A stretch of DNA of 64,000 nucleotides from Bacteroidaceae bacterium (GTDB lineage: Bacteria > Bacteroidota > Bacteroidia > Bacteroidales > Bacteroidaceae), in NCBI GenBank assembly GCA_017534815.1, contig JAFXVS010000018.1:27768-91767 (forward strand). Direction: 5' to 3'. Positions 6,539-16,460 of this stretch are shown here, one piece after another. The notes beneath the pieces were generated by a model. That model made no database searches. It saw only the letters and a list, made by a program, of their open reading frames with translations, and had not been told where the DNA came from. Position 1 is the first letter of the stretch. Every line of letters starts with the position of its first letter. Both the position numbers and the translations under genes were made by a program.

Positions 6539-7153
6539 TCACTTGATGCCCTCTTCCGTCACCTGGGCTCGGACTCGACTCAGGGTCTCGGGCGTCATCT
6601 GCAGGAAGGAGGCGACATTGTGGAGCGGGGCGCGGCGGATGATTTCGGGATTTTCCCTCATGGTGCGCACATATCGTTCCTTGGCCGTCTCGAAGCGGAG
6701 CACGTCAGCCTTGCGCTGGGAGATGATGAGCGCCCGCTCGTAGAACTTGAAGATGAGCTGGCAGAGTTCGAACGAATGCCGGGCAATGGCCTCCATGGCA
6801 TCGCGGGGAATGGCGAAGATCACGCTGGGCTCGATGGTGGAGGCAACGATGCGGGAGGGTTCGCGCAGGAAGTAACTCTCGATGCAGACGACCATGTCGC
6901 CCTCGTGACTGATGTGCTCCGTTACAGTCGCATGATTTTTCTTGTACGTCTGGAGCACCATCCCGCGATCCAAATAATACATGCTGTTGCACACCTCGCC
7001 CTCAGCCACCAGCTTGACGCCGCGCAGCACCTTGGTGGGCACGAGAATGCTAGCGAAGGCATGCAGCGCCTCCACGCTCAGGGTCACACCGTAGATGCGG
7101 CAAATTTCCCTTGCCACATCACGTCGCCGGTCGTTCAGATTCAATGTTGCCAT
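6539..7153 (-). CDS. Crp/Fnr-family transcriptional regulator
   Basis: 204 aa. Cyclic-nucleotide-binding-like N-domain (..GEVCNSMYYLDRGMV..) and a C-terminal HTH region (..PLHNVASFLQMTPETLSRVR..). Confidence 0.8.
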   Translation of the reverse strand: MATLNLNDRRRDVAREICRIYGVTLSVEALHAFASILVPTKVLRGVKLVAEGEVCNSMYYLDRGMVLQTYKKNHATVTEHISHEGDMVVCIESYFLREPSRIVASTIEPSVIFAIPRDAMEAIARHSFELCQLIFKFYERALIISQRKADVLRFETAKERYVRTMRENPEIIRRAPLHNVASFLQMTPETLSRVRAQVTEEGIK

Positions 7154-7189
7154 TTTATAGTTTAGAGTTTAGGGTTTTAGGTTAAGAGA

Positions 7190-7861
7190 TTAGAGATTGT
7201 AGTTCCGTTCGCCAAAGATTTTGCTGCCCACTCGGACCATCGTGCTGCCATGTTCCTGGGCAATGAGATAGTCGCCGCTCATGCCCATCGACAGCTCCTT
7301 GAAAGCGGGCTCGTCAACGAAGAAATGATTCTTCAGCACATCAAAGAGTTGTGCCACTGACTCAAACTCTCTGCCAATCCTCGCCTCATCATCGGTGTTG
7401 GTCGCCATCGCCATCAATCCCACAATGCGCACATGACTCATCGTCCGCCATTCACCCGTGCTCAACATCTCCACCACCTCCTCAGGCGTGAATCCGAATT
7501 TAGTCTCTTCGGCTGCCACATGTATCTGCAGAAGCACGTCGATGACGCGTCCGCACTTCTGTCCCTGCTTATCAATCTCCTTCATCAATTTGACAGAATC
7601 CATTGAATGTATGAGACTTACGAACGGTGCCATATACTTCACTTTGTTCGTCTGAAGATGCCCGATGAAGTGCCATTCGATGTCATCAGGCAAAACCGGC
7701 TGCTTGGCCACGAGTTCCTGCACGTGGCTTTCGGCAAACACGCGCTGTCCCGCATCGTACGCCTCACGAATGGCCTCAACCGGATGAAATTTTGACACCG
7801 CCACCAACGACACGCCTGGTTTCAGCGTATCCTTGACCTGCTGCAAATTTTCTGCTATCAT
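7190..7861 (-). CDS. yggS: YggS-family pyridoxal-phosphate homeostasis protein
   Basis: ..LVAVSKFHPVEAIREAYDAGQRVFAESHVQEL..HFIGHLQTNKVKY.. The ORF extends to 7891, but MIAENLQQVK (7861) matches the usual family N-terminus. Confidence 0.8.
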   Translation of the reverse strand: MIAENLQQVKDTLKPGVSLVAVSKFHPVEAIREAYDAGQRVFAESHVQELVAKQPVLPDDIEWHFIGHLQTNKVKYMAPFVSLIHSMDSVKLMKEIDKQGQKCGRVIDVLLQIHVAAEETKFGFTPEEVVEMLSTGEWRTMSHVRIVGLMAMATNTDDEARIGREFESVAQLFDVLKNHFFVDEPAFKELSMGMSGDYLIAQEHGSTMVRVGSKIFGERNYNL

Positions 7862-7906
7862 GAATCCTTCCTCCATGAACTTTGCTATCATGAATATTGA
7901 TGCGAA

Positions 7907-8365
7907 CTACTCCTCTTTCTTCTCACGTGCCACGTAACGGAACACATCCATAATCTTCGTCTCCGCCACAGATGCGATGCGGTAGTCCATCAGCGAGCCC
8001 TTCATGCCCTTGACAAAGTTTTCGACCGCATCGTGGAACGTGCCAGCCTGCACCAGCATGTTGTTGGCAATCTCCTTCTCCGTCTGAGTCTTCTCGTCGA
8101 GCGTGATGAACAGGCAGCGAACCTTATACCAACGGTCAGCCACCTCGCTGTCGCAGGGGAAAATCTCCGCATACTTCACACGCTTGATGTCCGTCACATC
8201 CAAATTGCCGCTCGTGTAGGGTTTCACCTCTTCGATGATGCGCGACTCAGCCTCCGTGAAGTTGAGCGCATCGACCAGATAAATAAAAGACTGAGGTTTC
8301 GTGATGCCATCATCCTGCATCACATCCATCTTCACTTTACATTCAAACCAACTATTGATTTCCAT
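7907..8365 (-). CDS. DUF4494-like protein
   Basis: 152 aa. MEINSWFECKVKMDVMQDDG... is as I remember for this Bacteroidetes family. Confidence 0.6.
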   Translation of the reverse strand: MEINSWFECKVKMDVMQDDGITKPQSFIYLVDALNFTEAESRIIEEVKPYTSGNLDVTDIKRVKYAEIFPCDSEVADRWYKVRCLFITLDEKTQTEKEIANNMLVQAGTFHDAVENFVKGMKGSLMDYRIASVAETKIMDVFRYVAREKKEE

Positions 8366-8396
8366 TGTCGTTAATTATAGTTTAGAAAAAACGGCA

Positions 8397-8404
8397 CAAA
8401 GGTA
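8397..8404 (-). promoter_or_regulatory. -7 box TACCTTTG (minus strand)
   Basis: Plus-strand caaaggta, 32 nt upstream of ATG 8365. Confidence 0.45.
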
Positions 8405-8519
8405 AGGAAAAGAATTGAAAAAAGGAGGCTTTGAAGGGTTAAAAGTCAAAAAAAAGAGGCCAAGATTGCCTCAACCTCTTTCCATATATGCATCAAAGTG
8501 CTTTTATTTCTTAGCTGGC

Positions 8520-9482
8520 TTACTTCTTGGCTGCACGTGCTTCGTTCAGGAAGTTCACCATCTTCTGCAGATTAGCTTCTGAATACATGCCCATGCCGTG
8601 ACCACCCTCTGGCTCAAATGTCGCCTCGGTCTTCACGCCGGCAGCCTTCAGCAATTCGTAAAACTTCTTGCCCACGCAGCATGGCACCACATTATCCTTC
8701 TCACCATGGAAGATGATGATTGGCACGTCGTTCTTGTCCACATAATTAGTCGCACTCAGACCCAAATACTTGTCTGGTTCCTCCGACAATTTTGTTCCGC
8801 CCAGCAACTGATCTTCAGGACTTGAATTGCCCATCGACATATGCTCGCCGCAATCCATGCTCGTAAGGTCAACAGGACCCGACCAGTCGCAACCAGCATT
8901 CACCAAACTGCTCTCCTTGGTATAAGGACCAACAGCGCCTTCAATGTCCACGCTCTCTTTGCCAACCTTAGCGACCTTAATGCCGTTGGTCGTAGCACAA
9001 ACAGATGCCAGATGGCCGCCAGAAGAGAAACCCGAAGTGGCAATGAACGAAGTGTCAAACTTGTACTTTTTAGCCTCACCACGAATGAAACGGACAACAG
9101 CCTTGATGTCGTTGATCTGTGCCGGCCACTGTGCATCGCTGATAGCACGATGGTTTGGACAAACCACTGCATAACCAGCATCCAGCAATGCCTTCACGAT
9201 AGTACCCAAGTCAGCTGCGCCCTTGCTGCTGTTCGAGAACCATGCGCTGCCATAAACATGCACAACCACGGGATAAGAAGCCTTCTCCTGCTTGGGCAGA
9301 TAAATGTCGCAAGTGTGATAAGCCTTGTCATCCCCAGCATAGTTCACGTCTTTCCATTCCTGCGAAGTTTCAAGTTTCGTCTGTTGCTGGAAGCCGCCAA
9401 AGCCACCAAAGCCACCACCGAATCCGCCACCAGGCTGCGCCATCATGGCCGTTGCACTCATTAGTGTAGCACTAAGTGCCAA
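8520..9482 (-). CDS. Secreted alpha/beta-hydrolase (esterase); N-terminus disturbed by an in-frame stop
   Basis: ..VVVHVYGSAWF.., GFSSGGHLAS nucleophile elbow, ..IIFHGEKDNVVP.. The track start is TTG 9482. An upstream in-frame ATG (9503) is separated from it by TAA (9486-9488). Confidence 0.75.
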   Translation of the reverse strand: MALSATLMSATAMMAQPGGGFGGGFGGFGGFQQQTKLETSQEWKDVNYAGDDKAYHTCDIYLPKQEKASYPVVVHVYGSAWFSNSSKGAADLGTIVKALLDAGYAVVCPNHRAISDAQWPAQINDIKAVVRFIRGEAKKYKFDTSFIATSGFSSGGHLASVCATTNGIKVAKVGKESVDIEGAVGPYTKESSLVNAGCDWSGPVDLTSMDCGEHMSMGNSSPEDQLLGGTKLSEEPDKYLGLSATNYVDKNDVPIIIFHGEKDNVVPCCVGKKFYELLKAAGVKTEATFEPEGGHGMGMYSEANLQKMVNFLNEARAAKK

Positions 9483-9669
9483 AGTTTACAAATAACTCTT
9501 CATAAGTTTTGTTTAATTAGATGTTAGAGTGATAATATTAATAAATAATGTGTAAAAATACAACACTATAGATACGTCAAAAACTAAATAGTTTAATCAG
9601 ACAATGGATTTTTTCCATGTTTGACAAAGATAATCTGGCAGGGCGCTCTTTGTTTTGGAAAATAATTCG

Positions 9670-9677
9670 TACCTTTG
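9670..9677 (+). promoter_or_regulatory. -7 box TACCTTTG
   Basis: Lies inside the track ORF extension, 41 nt upstream of ATG 9719. Supports the shorter pyrB start. Confidence 0.5.
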
Positions 9678-9718
9678 TGCGATTTTTGAGAACTGAAGTA
9701 TTAAAGCTTAGGATATAT

Positions 9719-10666
9719 ATGGAAAATAGGAGCATTGTTTCGATTGCTGACTATGGGAAGGAGAAAATTCAGTATCTGCTGGACATGGCTGCTGAATTTG
9801 AAGCTCATCCGAACCGTCAGATATTGAAGGGCAAGGTTGTGGCCACGCTGTTCTTCGAGCCAAGCACAAGAACGAGGTTGTCGTTTGAGACGGCTGCCAA
9901 CCGTTTGGGTGCCAGGGTGATTGGATTCACCGATCCAAAGGTGACGAGTTCATCAAAAGGCGAGACGCTGAAGGACACCATCAAAATGGTAAGCAACTAT
10001 GCCGACGTTATTGTGATGCGTCACAAATTGGAGGGTGCAGCCTTGTATGCGAGTGAGGTGACGAACGTACCCATCATCAATGCGGGCGACGGCTCAAACC
10101 TGCACCCATCACAGACAATGCTTGACCTCTACTCCATCTATAAGACACAGGGCACATTGGAAAACCTCAACATCTACATGGTGGGTGATTTAAAGTATGG
10201 TCGTACGGTACACTCACTATTGATGTCAATGCGAAAGTACAACCCAACATTCCATTTCATCGCACCCAAGGAACTGGAGATGCCAGAGGAGTACAAGCTC
10301 TATTGCAAGCAAAATAACATCAACTACATCGAGCAGCAAGATTTCACGGAAGACACGATTGCCGATGCAGACATCCTTTATATGACACGTGTGCAAAGGG
10401 AGCGTTTCACAGACTTGATGGAGTATGAGCGGGTGAAGGATGCCTACATCTTGAAAACAAACATGCTGGGCAAGTGTAAAGAGAACATGAAGATCCTGCA
10501 CCCGCTGCCACGTGTGAACGAGATAGAATATGATGTGGACGAGAGCCAACACGCATATTATTTCGACCAGGCACAGAACGGGCTCTATGCACGTGAGGCA
10601 CTGATTTGCGATGTGCTGGGCATCACTCTTGACCAAATTAAGAACGATAACACAATCATTGGATAG
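9719..10666 (+). CDS. pyrB: Aspartate carbamoyltransferase catalytic subunit
   Basis: ..[14 protein letters not shown].., ..HPSQ.., ..HPLPRV.. signatures. Start at MENRSIVS (315 aa) rather than 9617. Confidence 0.95.
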   Translation: MENRSIVSIADYGKEKIQYLLDMAAEFEAHPNRQILKGKVVATLFFEPSTRTRLSFETAANRLGARVIGFTDPKVTSSSKGETLKDTIKMVSNYADVIVMRHKLEGAALYASEVTNVPIINAGDGSNLHPSQTMLDLYSIYKTQGTLENLNIYMVGDLKYGRTVHSLLMSMRKYNPTFHFIAPKELEMPEEYKLYCKQNNINYIEQQDFTEDTIADADILYMTRVQRERFTDLMEYERVKDAYILKTNMLGKCKENMKILHPLPRVNEIEYDVDESQHAYYFDQAQNGLYAREALICDVLGITLDQIKNDNTIIG

Positions 10667-10669
10667 GCC

Positions 10670-11125
10670 ATGGAACAGAACAAGGAAAATATGATGGTGG
10701 CAGCCTTGGAGAATGGCTCCGTCATCGATCACATACCAACAAACAAACTTTTCACGATTGTACAATTACTCGACTTGGAAAAGTTCAAGGAGGAAGTTGT
10801 GATTGCCAACAACCTGAAGAGTCAAGTGATGGGAAAGAAGGGGCTCATCAAGATATCAGGTAAGTTCTTCTCGGAGGCTGAAATCAGCAAGTTGGCAGTC
10901 GTTTGCCCCAACATTCGACTAACGGTCATCAAGGACTACGAGGTGAAGGAGAAGCGTGAGGTGACACTCCCTGAGAAACTGACCAACATTGTGAAATGCG
11001 CCAACCCTGTGTGCATCACGAACAACGAGCCAATGAAGACCGTTTTCTATCGCAAGGACATGGAGACATTAAAGTGCCGCTACTGTGGCAAGGAACAGAA
11101 ACTCAAAGACATAAAATTGAAATAG
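10670..11125 (+). CDS. pyrI: Aspartate carbamoyltransferase regulatory subunit
   Basis: 151 aa. ..NGSVIDHIP.. and the C-terminal Zn domain C..C...C..C (CANPVCITNNEP...CRYCGKE). Confidence 0.9.
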   Translation: MEQNKENMMVAALENGSVIDHIPTNKLFTIVQLLDLEKFKEEVVIANNLKSQVMGKKGLIKISGKFFSEAEISKLAVVCPNIRLTVIKDYEVKEKREVTLPEKLTNIVKCANPVCITNNEPMKTVFYRKDMETLKCRYCGKEQKLKDIKLK

Positions 11126-14100
11126 ATGAAATTTACAGAAAGAGCAAAACTGAACCTCTCAGATGTGAATAAGGAGGTTCTGGAGCAGTGGAAACAGGAA
11201 GACATGTTTCACAAGAGTATTGAGGAACGCGAAGGCTGTCCTCAATTCATCTTTTTTGAAGGGCCACCCTCTGCCAACGGACATCCGGGCATTCACCACG
11301 TGATGGGCAGAACGATTAAAGATACATTCCTCCGCTATAAGACGATGCAGGGCTTCCAAGTAAAGCGCAAGGCTGGTTGGGACACCCACGGTCTGCCTGT
11401 AGAATTGTCTGTGGAGAAGTCTTTGGGCATCACGAAAGAGGACATCGGCAAGAAAATCAGTGTGGATGACTACAACGATGCCTGTCGCAAGAACGTGATG
11501 ATGTACACCAACGAGTGGACAGAACTCACCGATAAGATGGGTTACTGGGTCGATTTGGAGCACCCTTACATCACCTATGATAACAAATATATCGAGACGC
11601 TATGGTACCTCTTGAAGCAGCTCTATAACAAGGGACTACTCTACAAGGGTTATACCATTCAACCCTATTCGCCAGCAGCAGGTACGGGTCTTTCGAGCCA
11701 CGAGCTGAACCAGCCTGGCTGCTATCGCGATGTGAAGGACACGACGGTGACGGCGCAATTTAAGGTGAAAGACATTTTAGAGGGGTTAGTAGGAGTTGAC
11801 AATCTTCCTGTTTACATTCTCGCTTGGACAACGACACCTTGGACATTGCCTTCCAACACTGCACTTTGTGTAGGTCCAAAGATTGACTATATAGCCATCA
11901 AAGGCAAAAACCCATATACAGAAGAGGAAGCCATATACATCATGGCAGAAGCTCGACTATCAGCCTACTTCCAGTATGGCGAAGATGAAAAGCCCGAGAT
12001 TCTCTGGAAGGGTCAGGGCACTGATCTCGTGGGTCTGCACTACGAGCAGTTGATGCCTTGGGTGAAGCCCTGTGCTTTAGAAGGCGATAAGGTGGTGGTG
12101 AAGGAAGATGAAGCTTTCCGTGTCATTCCTGGCGACTATGTGACAACCGAAGATGGTACAGGTATTGTACATATCGCTCCGACTTTTGGTGCTGACGATG
12201 CCAAAGTTGCTAAGGATGCTGGCATTCCATCGCTTTTCATCATCGACAAGGCTGGCGACACGCGCCCAATGGTCGATTTTACGGGTAAATATTTCGTAAA
12301 GGATGACATGAACGAAGAGTTTATAAGTCTTTGTGTAAATGAAAGTTATTGGAAGCATAGCGGCAACTTCGTCAAGAACGCTTATGACCCCAAATACAAT
12401 CAGGGTGGCAAGTATGATGAGAAGGCCGCCAACAAGGATATGGACTTGAATGTGGTGCTGTGTGTAGAGATGAAAGAAGAGGGAACAGCATTCAAAATTG
12501 AGAAGCACATTCACAACTATCCTCATTGCTGGCGCACAGACAAACCCGTGCTCTACTACCCGCTCGACTCTTGGTTCATCAAATCGACGGCGAAAAAAGA
12601 CCGCATGTTTGAGTTGAATCAGACCATCCAGTGGAAGCCCGAATCAACTGGTACGGGACGCTTCGGCAAGTGGCTGGAGAATCTGAATGATTGGAATCTG
12701 TCCCGCTCCCGCTATTGGGGTACGCCATTGCCCATTTGGCGCAATCGTGACACCCACGAGGAAATCTGTATCGGCAGCGTCGAAGAGCTCTACAACGAGA
12801 TAGAAAAGGCTGTAGAAGCAGGCGTGATGGTTTCAAATCCATTGAAGGACAAGGGCTTTATTCCTGGCGACATGAGTCAGGAGAACTACGATAAGATAGA
12901 CCTGCACCGTCCTTATGTGGACGACATCAAGCTGGTGTCGGGAAAGGGCAATGTGCTCACTCGCGAACTTGACCTCATTGACGTTTGGTTCGACTCAGGT
13001 GCCATGCCTTACGCTCAAGTGCACTATCCATTTGAGAACAAGGATCTGATCGACAAGGGCATCGCTTATCCCGCAGACTTCATTGCCGAGGGTGTGGATC
13101 AGACACGCGGTTGGTTCTTTACCCTACATGCCATCGCCACAATGGTGTTTGACTCAGTGGCATATAAAGCTGTGATATCCAATGGCCTCGTGCTCGACAA
13201 GAACGGCATCAAGATGTCTAAGCGTCTGGGTAACGTCATCAACCCATTCGAGTGCATCGGAACTTATGGTGCTGACGCTGTGCGTTGGTACATGATCACC
13301 AACTCCTCACCTTGGGACAACCTCTCCTTCGACCCCGAGGGTGTAAAGGAAGTGACGAGCCAGTTCTTTATCAAGTTGCAGCAAGCATATTCGTTCTTCA
13401 CGATGTATGCCAATGTGGATGGCTTCGAGTACAAGGAGGCTGATATTGCCTATGCCGACCGTCCTGACTTTGACCGTTGGTTACTATCCGAACTCAATAC
13501 ATTAGTAAAGAATGTACTGGCCTACTTCGACGACTACGACCCGACCCCTGCAGGTCGTCTCATCCAATCGTTCGTCATCGACAATCTCTCCAACTGGTAC
13601 ATCCGTCTGAACAAGCCACGCTTCTGGGGTGGCGAGATGACCACCGACAAACTCTCGGCCTATCAGACCCTTTATACTTGCCTCGACACGTTGAGCCGAC
13701 TCATCGCACCAATTGCTCCGTTCTATGCCGATCAACTCTTCCGCGACCTCAACAGCGCTACCGGCAAGGATTCCGCAAAGAGCGTCCACTTGGCCCAATT
13801 CCCGACCTTCAACGAGGCTTACATCGACTCCGAACTGGAGGTTGCGATGGAGTCTGCCATGAAGGTGACCTCAATGGGACTCTCTATCCGTAAAAAGGTA
13901 AAGATTCCTGTAATTCAGGCCTTGCAGTCGATTGCCATTCCCGACACAGACGCCCTCTTCAGCGGTCGCATCGAGCGAATGAAGGACATCATCATGAAGG
14001 AGGTGAACGTGAAGGAGCTCCAGCTGATGGACGGCAAGATGCTCGTGAAGAACGTAAAGTGCAACTTCCGTGTCATGGGCAAGAAGTTCGGTAAGATGAT

Positions 14101-14566
14101 GAAGGCGGTAAGCAACGCCGTGGCAGAGATGTCGCAGGCACAAATCGCCGAACTCGAAGCCAACGGACAGGTTACTCTGCAGGCCGATGGACAGGATGCA
14201 GTGATTGAATTGGCCGACGTGGACATCATGTCTCAGGACATCCCCGGATGGAGCGTTGCTAACGAAGGCACGACGACTGTGGCTCTCGACATCACCATCA
14301 CGCCAGCCTTGAAGAACGAAGGCAACGCCCGCAAAGTCATTAAGCAGATTCAGGGTCTCCGCAAGTCACAAGGCTTCGAAATCACAGACCGCATCCAAGT
14401 CGTCATCACCGAGACCCCTGAGACTAAGGCTGTGCTTGACACCTTCAAAGATAACATTGCTTCACAGGTGCTGGCCAACTCCATCACACTCGGCAACCCT
14501 GAAGGTGAAGCAATTGACTTCGACGACTTCAAGGCAGTCATTTGTGTTGAGAAAGATAGAGATTAG
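11126..14566 (+). CDS. ileS: Isoleucine--tRNA ligase
   Basis: 1146 aa. HIGH-type motif PSANGHPGIHHV, KMSKRLGN, and class-I editing-domain context. Confidence 0.95.
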   Translation: MKFTERAKLNLSDVNKEVLEQWKQEDMFHKSIEEREGCPQFIFFEGPPSANGHPGIHHVMGRTIKDTFLRYKTMQGFQVKRKAGWDTHGLPVELSVEKSLGITKEDIGKKISVDDYNDACRKNVMMYTNEWTELTDKMGYWVDLEHPYITYDNKYIETLWYLLKQLYNKGLLYKGYTIQPYSPAAGTGLSSHELNQPGCYRDVKDTTVTAQFKVKDILEGLVGVDNLPVYILAWTTTPWTLPSNTALCVGPKIDYIAIKGKNPYTEEEAIYIMAEARLSAYFQYGEDEKPEILWKGQGTDLVGLHYEQLMPWVKPCALEGDKVVVKEDEAFRVIPGDYVTTEDGTGIVHIAPTFGADDAKVAKDAGIPSLFIIDKAGDTRPMVDFTGKYFVKDDMNEEFISLCVNESYWKHSGNFVKNAYDPKYNQGGKYDEKAANKDMDLNVVLCVEMKEEGTAFKIEKHIHNYPHCWRTDKPVLYYPLDSWFIKSTAKKDRMFELNQTIQWKPESTGTGRFGKWLENLNDWNLSRSRYWGTPLPIWRNRDTHEEICIGSVEELYNEIEKAVEAGVMVSNPLKDKGFIPGDMSQENYDKIDLHRPYVDDIKLVSGKGNVLTRELDLIDVWFDSGAMPYAQVHYPFENKDLIDKGIAYPADFIAEGVDQTRGWFFTLHAIATMVFDSVAYKAVISNGLVLDKNGIKMSKRLGNVINPFECIGTYGADAVRWYMITNSSPWDNLSFDPEGVKEVTSQFFIKLQQAYSFFTMYANVDGFEYKEADIAYADRPDFDRWLLSELNTLVKNVLAYFDDYDPTPAGRLIQSFVIDNLSNWYIRLNKPRFWGGEMTTDKLSAYQTLYTCLDTLSRLIAPIAPFYADQLFRDLNSATGKDSAKSVHLAQFPTFNEAYIDSELEVAMESAMKVTSMGLSIRKKVKIPVIQALQSIAIPDTDALFSGRIERMKDIIMKEVNVKELQLMDGKMLVKNVKCNFRVMGKKFGKMMKAVSNAVAEMSQAQIAELEANGQVTLQADGQDAVIELADVDIMSQDIPGWSVANEGTTTVALDITITPALKNEGNARKVIKQIQGLRKSQGFEITDRIQVVITETPETKAVLDTFKDNIASQVLANSITLGNPEGEAIDFDDFKAVICVEKDRD

Positions 14567-14585
14567 AAATGAGAGGTAAGAATTT

Positions 14586-15209
14586 ATGACAAGGAAGAAC
14601 AAACATATCCTTTCCATCGCCCTCTTCATGGCCGTTCTTGTCATAGACCAAATTATCAAGGTCTGTGTCAAGACGGGCATGTATCTGGGAGAGCGCATCG
14701 AAATCACCAGCTGGTTCAGTCTCGTTTTCGTCGAGAACAACGGTATGGCATTCGGATGGGAACTCTGGGGAGGCAAACTCTTCCTCACCCTCTTCCGCAT
14801 CGTCGCTGTATGCCTCATCGGATGGTTTATCTACAGCGAGATTCAACGCCGACGACCAACTGGCTATATAGTCTGCCTCACCCTTATCGCGGCAGGAGCG
14901 GCAGGCAACATCATCGACTGCCTCTTCTACGGACTCATCTTCAACAACCCGCCCTTTCCCGAGGTCGCAGACTTTCAACCCTACGGATACGGATACGGAG
15001 AATTCCTTTACGGACGTGTTGTTGACATGTTCTACTTCCCGCTCATCGAATGGGAAATGCCTACATGGATGCCCATCTACTCCGGACAGCACTGCGTCTT
15101 TTTCTCCCCTATCTTCAACTTTGCCGACGCAGCCATCTCCTGCGGCATAGTAGCCCTCCTCATTTTCTACCACAAAATCGTCAGTCGCTACCAGTTCCAC
15201 AAAGATTGA
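14586..15209 (+). CDS. lspA: Lipoprotein signal peptidase (signal peptidase II)
   Basis: ..VENNGMAFGW.. and ..FNFADAAISCG.. motifs, four TM segments, follows ileS. Confidence 0.9.
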   Translation: MTRKNKHILSIALFMAVLVIDQIIKVCVKTGMYLGERIEITSWFSLVFVENNGMAFGWELWGGKLFLTLFRIVAVCLIGWFIYSEIQRRRPTGYIVCLTLIAAGAAGNIIDCLFYGLIFNNPPFPEVADFQPYGYGYGEFLYGRVVDMFYFPLIEWEMPTWMPIYSGQHCVFFSPIFNFADAAISCGIVALLIFYHKIVSRYQFHKD

Positions 15210-15252
15210 AGAATTGCAGTTCATTTAGCTCAACGGTTAATTGACGTATCCC

Positions 15253-16206
15253 ATGAGAAGAATCCTCCCACTCATCCTCGCCCTCATCCTCCTCGCCGCC
15301 TGCGATGACCGTCCCAAAGACGTTCTGTCACGCGGCAAGATGGAAGATGTCCTCTACGACTACCACATCATGCAGGGCATTATCAACCAGCTACCCGACA
15401 ATGAACGCGAGGCCAAGGCTGAGGACTACATCAACGCAGTCTATGCCAAACACGGCATCACCGAAGCCCAGTTCGACTCATCCATCGTCTATTACAACCG
15501 CCACTCTAAAGAACTCCACAAGATCTACACCAACCTCAAGGAACGCTATTCCATCGTCAATGACGAAATCCAACTTGTCAACGGCAACAACGACATGATG
15601 GCCATCTTCGCTACAGGAGGCGATACCACCAACCTATGGAACTCTGCCCGCCTCCTCACCCTCCGCAACAAGAACCTCCTCAACAAGGAGAGCTTCACCA
15701 TCCTCGCCGACACCAGCTTCCGCCGCAGTGATCAGTTTATCCTTACCCTCACTCCCGTCTTCATCAAGGAGCGCCGAGAGGACTACGACATTGCCCTATA
15801 CGTCGGGCTCTCAGTCCTCTACACCAGCGGCAAGCATGTAGGCACCACCCGTGTCATCAACAACGATGGGCTCCAGCAACTCACCCTCCAGACCAGTGCT
15901 GCTGATGATGTCAAAAGCCTCACCGGCTTCTTCTACTACCGAGGAAAGAAAACCATGCGCAACCTCTGCCTCATCGACAATATCTCTCTTGTCCGTATGC
16001 ACGCCAAGGAGGTTGAACACACCGAGTCTGCCGACACCATTACAGCCGATACCATCATCGCCGACACCATTACTCGCCCTATTGAGCGCCGCCTCACCCC
16101 TGAGGAATTCCGACAGCAGAACCGCACCGGCAAGCATATCAACATCCAGACTGCCCCATCTGTCCGCACGCCGAACAGCATCGGACCAAGAAGAAAGAGA
16201 AGATGA
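15253..16206 (+). CDS. DUF4296-like lipoprotein
   Basis: MRRILPLILALILLAACDD lipobox, then ..RGKMEDVLYDYHIMQG.. ATG 15253 preferred over the track TTG 15241. Confidence 0.65.
   Translation: MRRILPLILALILLAACDDRPKDVLSRGKMEDVLYDYHIMQGIINQLPDNEREAKAEDYINAVYAKHGITEAQFDSSIVYYNRHSKELHKIYTNLKERYSIVNDEIQLVNGNNDMMAIFATGGDTTNLWNSARLLTLRNKNLLNKESFTILADTSFRRSDQFILTLTPVFIKERREDYDIALYVGLSVLYTSGKHVGTTRVINNDGLQQLTLQTSAADDVKSLTGFFYYRGKKTMRNLCLIDNISLVRMHAKEVEHTESADTITADTIIADTITRPIERRLTPEEFRQQNRTGKHINIQTAPSVRTPNSIGPRRKRR
16030..16074 (+). repeat. In-frame 15-nt tandem repeat x3 (ADTIT/ADTII/ADTIT)
   Basis: gccgacaccattaca / gccgataccatcatc / gccgacaccattact. Confidence 0.8.
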
Positions 16207-16460
16207 GACGAGTCGCCGCATCCCGCGTATATATTAACGAAAAAGATTTCCACACCAACTATGTTGTGGAAATCTTCAGTCATCATGTCGTCAACCACTA
16301 TCCTCTTCAGGGTGAACTTCCTATGACCGAGTGGCTCGGCGGTACCATCATTATTCGTAACCGCATCGCTTACCACACACCACAGATACTCTCTCCTGAC
16401 GATTTAACTTTGAAGGAAGGTCTCGGCCTTGGCAATGGTATCGAGCTTACCGACGTCTAA
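16203..16460 (+). CDS. Hypothetical small protein (85 aa)
   Basis: ATGA start/stop overlap with the upstream gene suggests translational coupling. However, the 3' 57 nt overlap the convergent gene 16404-17162, so the true end or even its reality is uncertain. Confidence 0.4.
   Translation: MRRVAASRVYINEKDFHTNYVVEIFSHHVVNHYPLQGELPMTEWLGGTIIIRNRIAYHTPQILSPDDLTLKEGLGLGNGIELTDV

Noticed and set aside
14538-15224. 228-aa minus-strand ORF opposite lspA, and the other overlapping ORFs at 14462-15244
   Set aside because: lspA has diagnostic motifs. The antisense ORF is D/E/G/V-rich shadow sequence.
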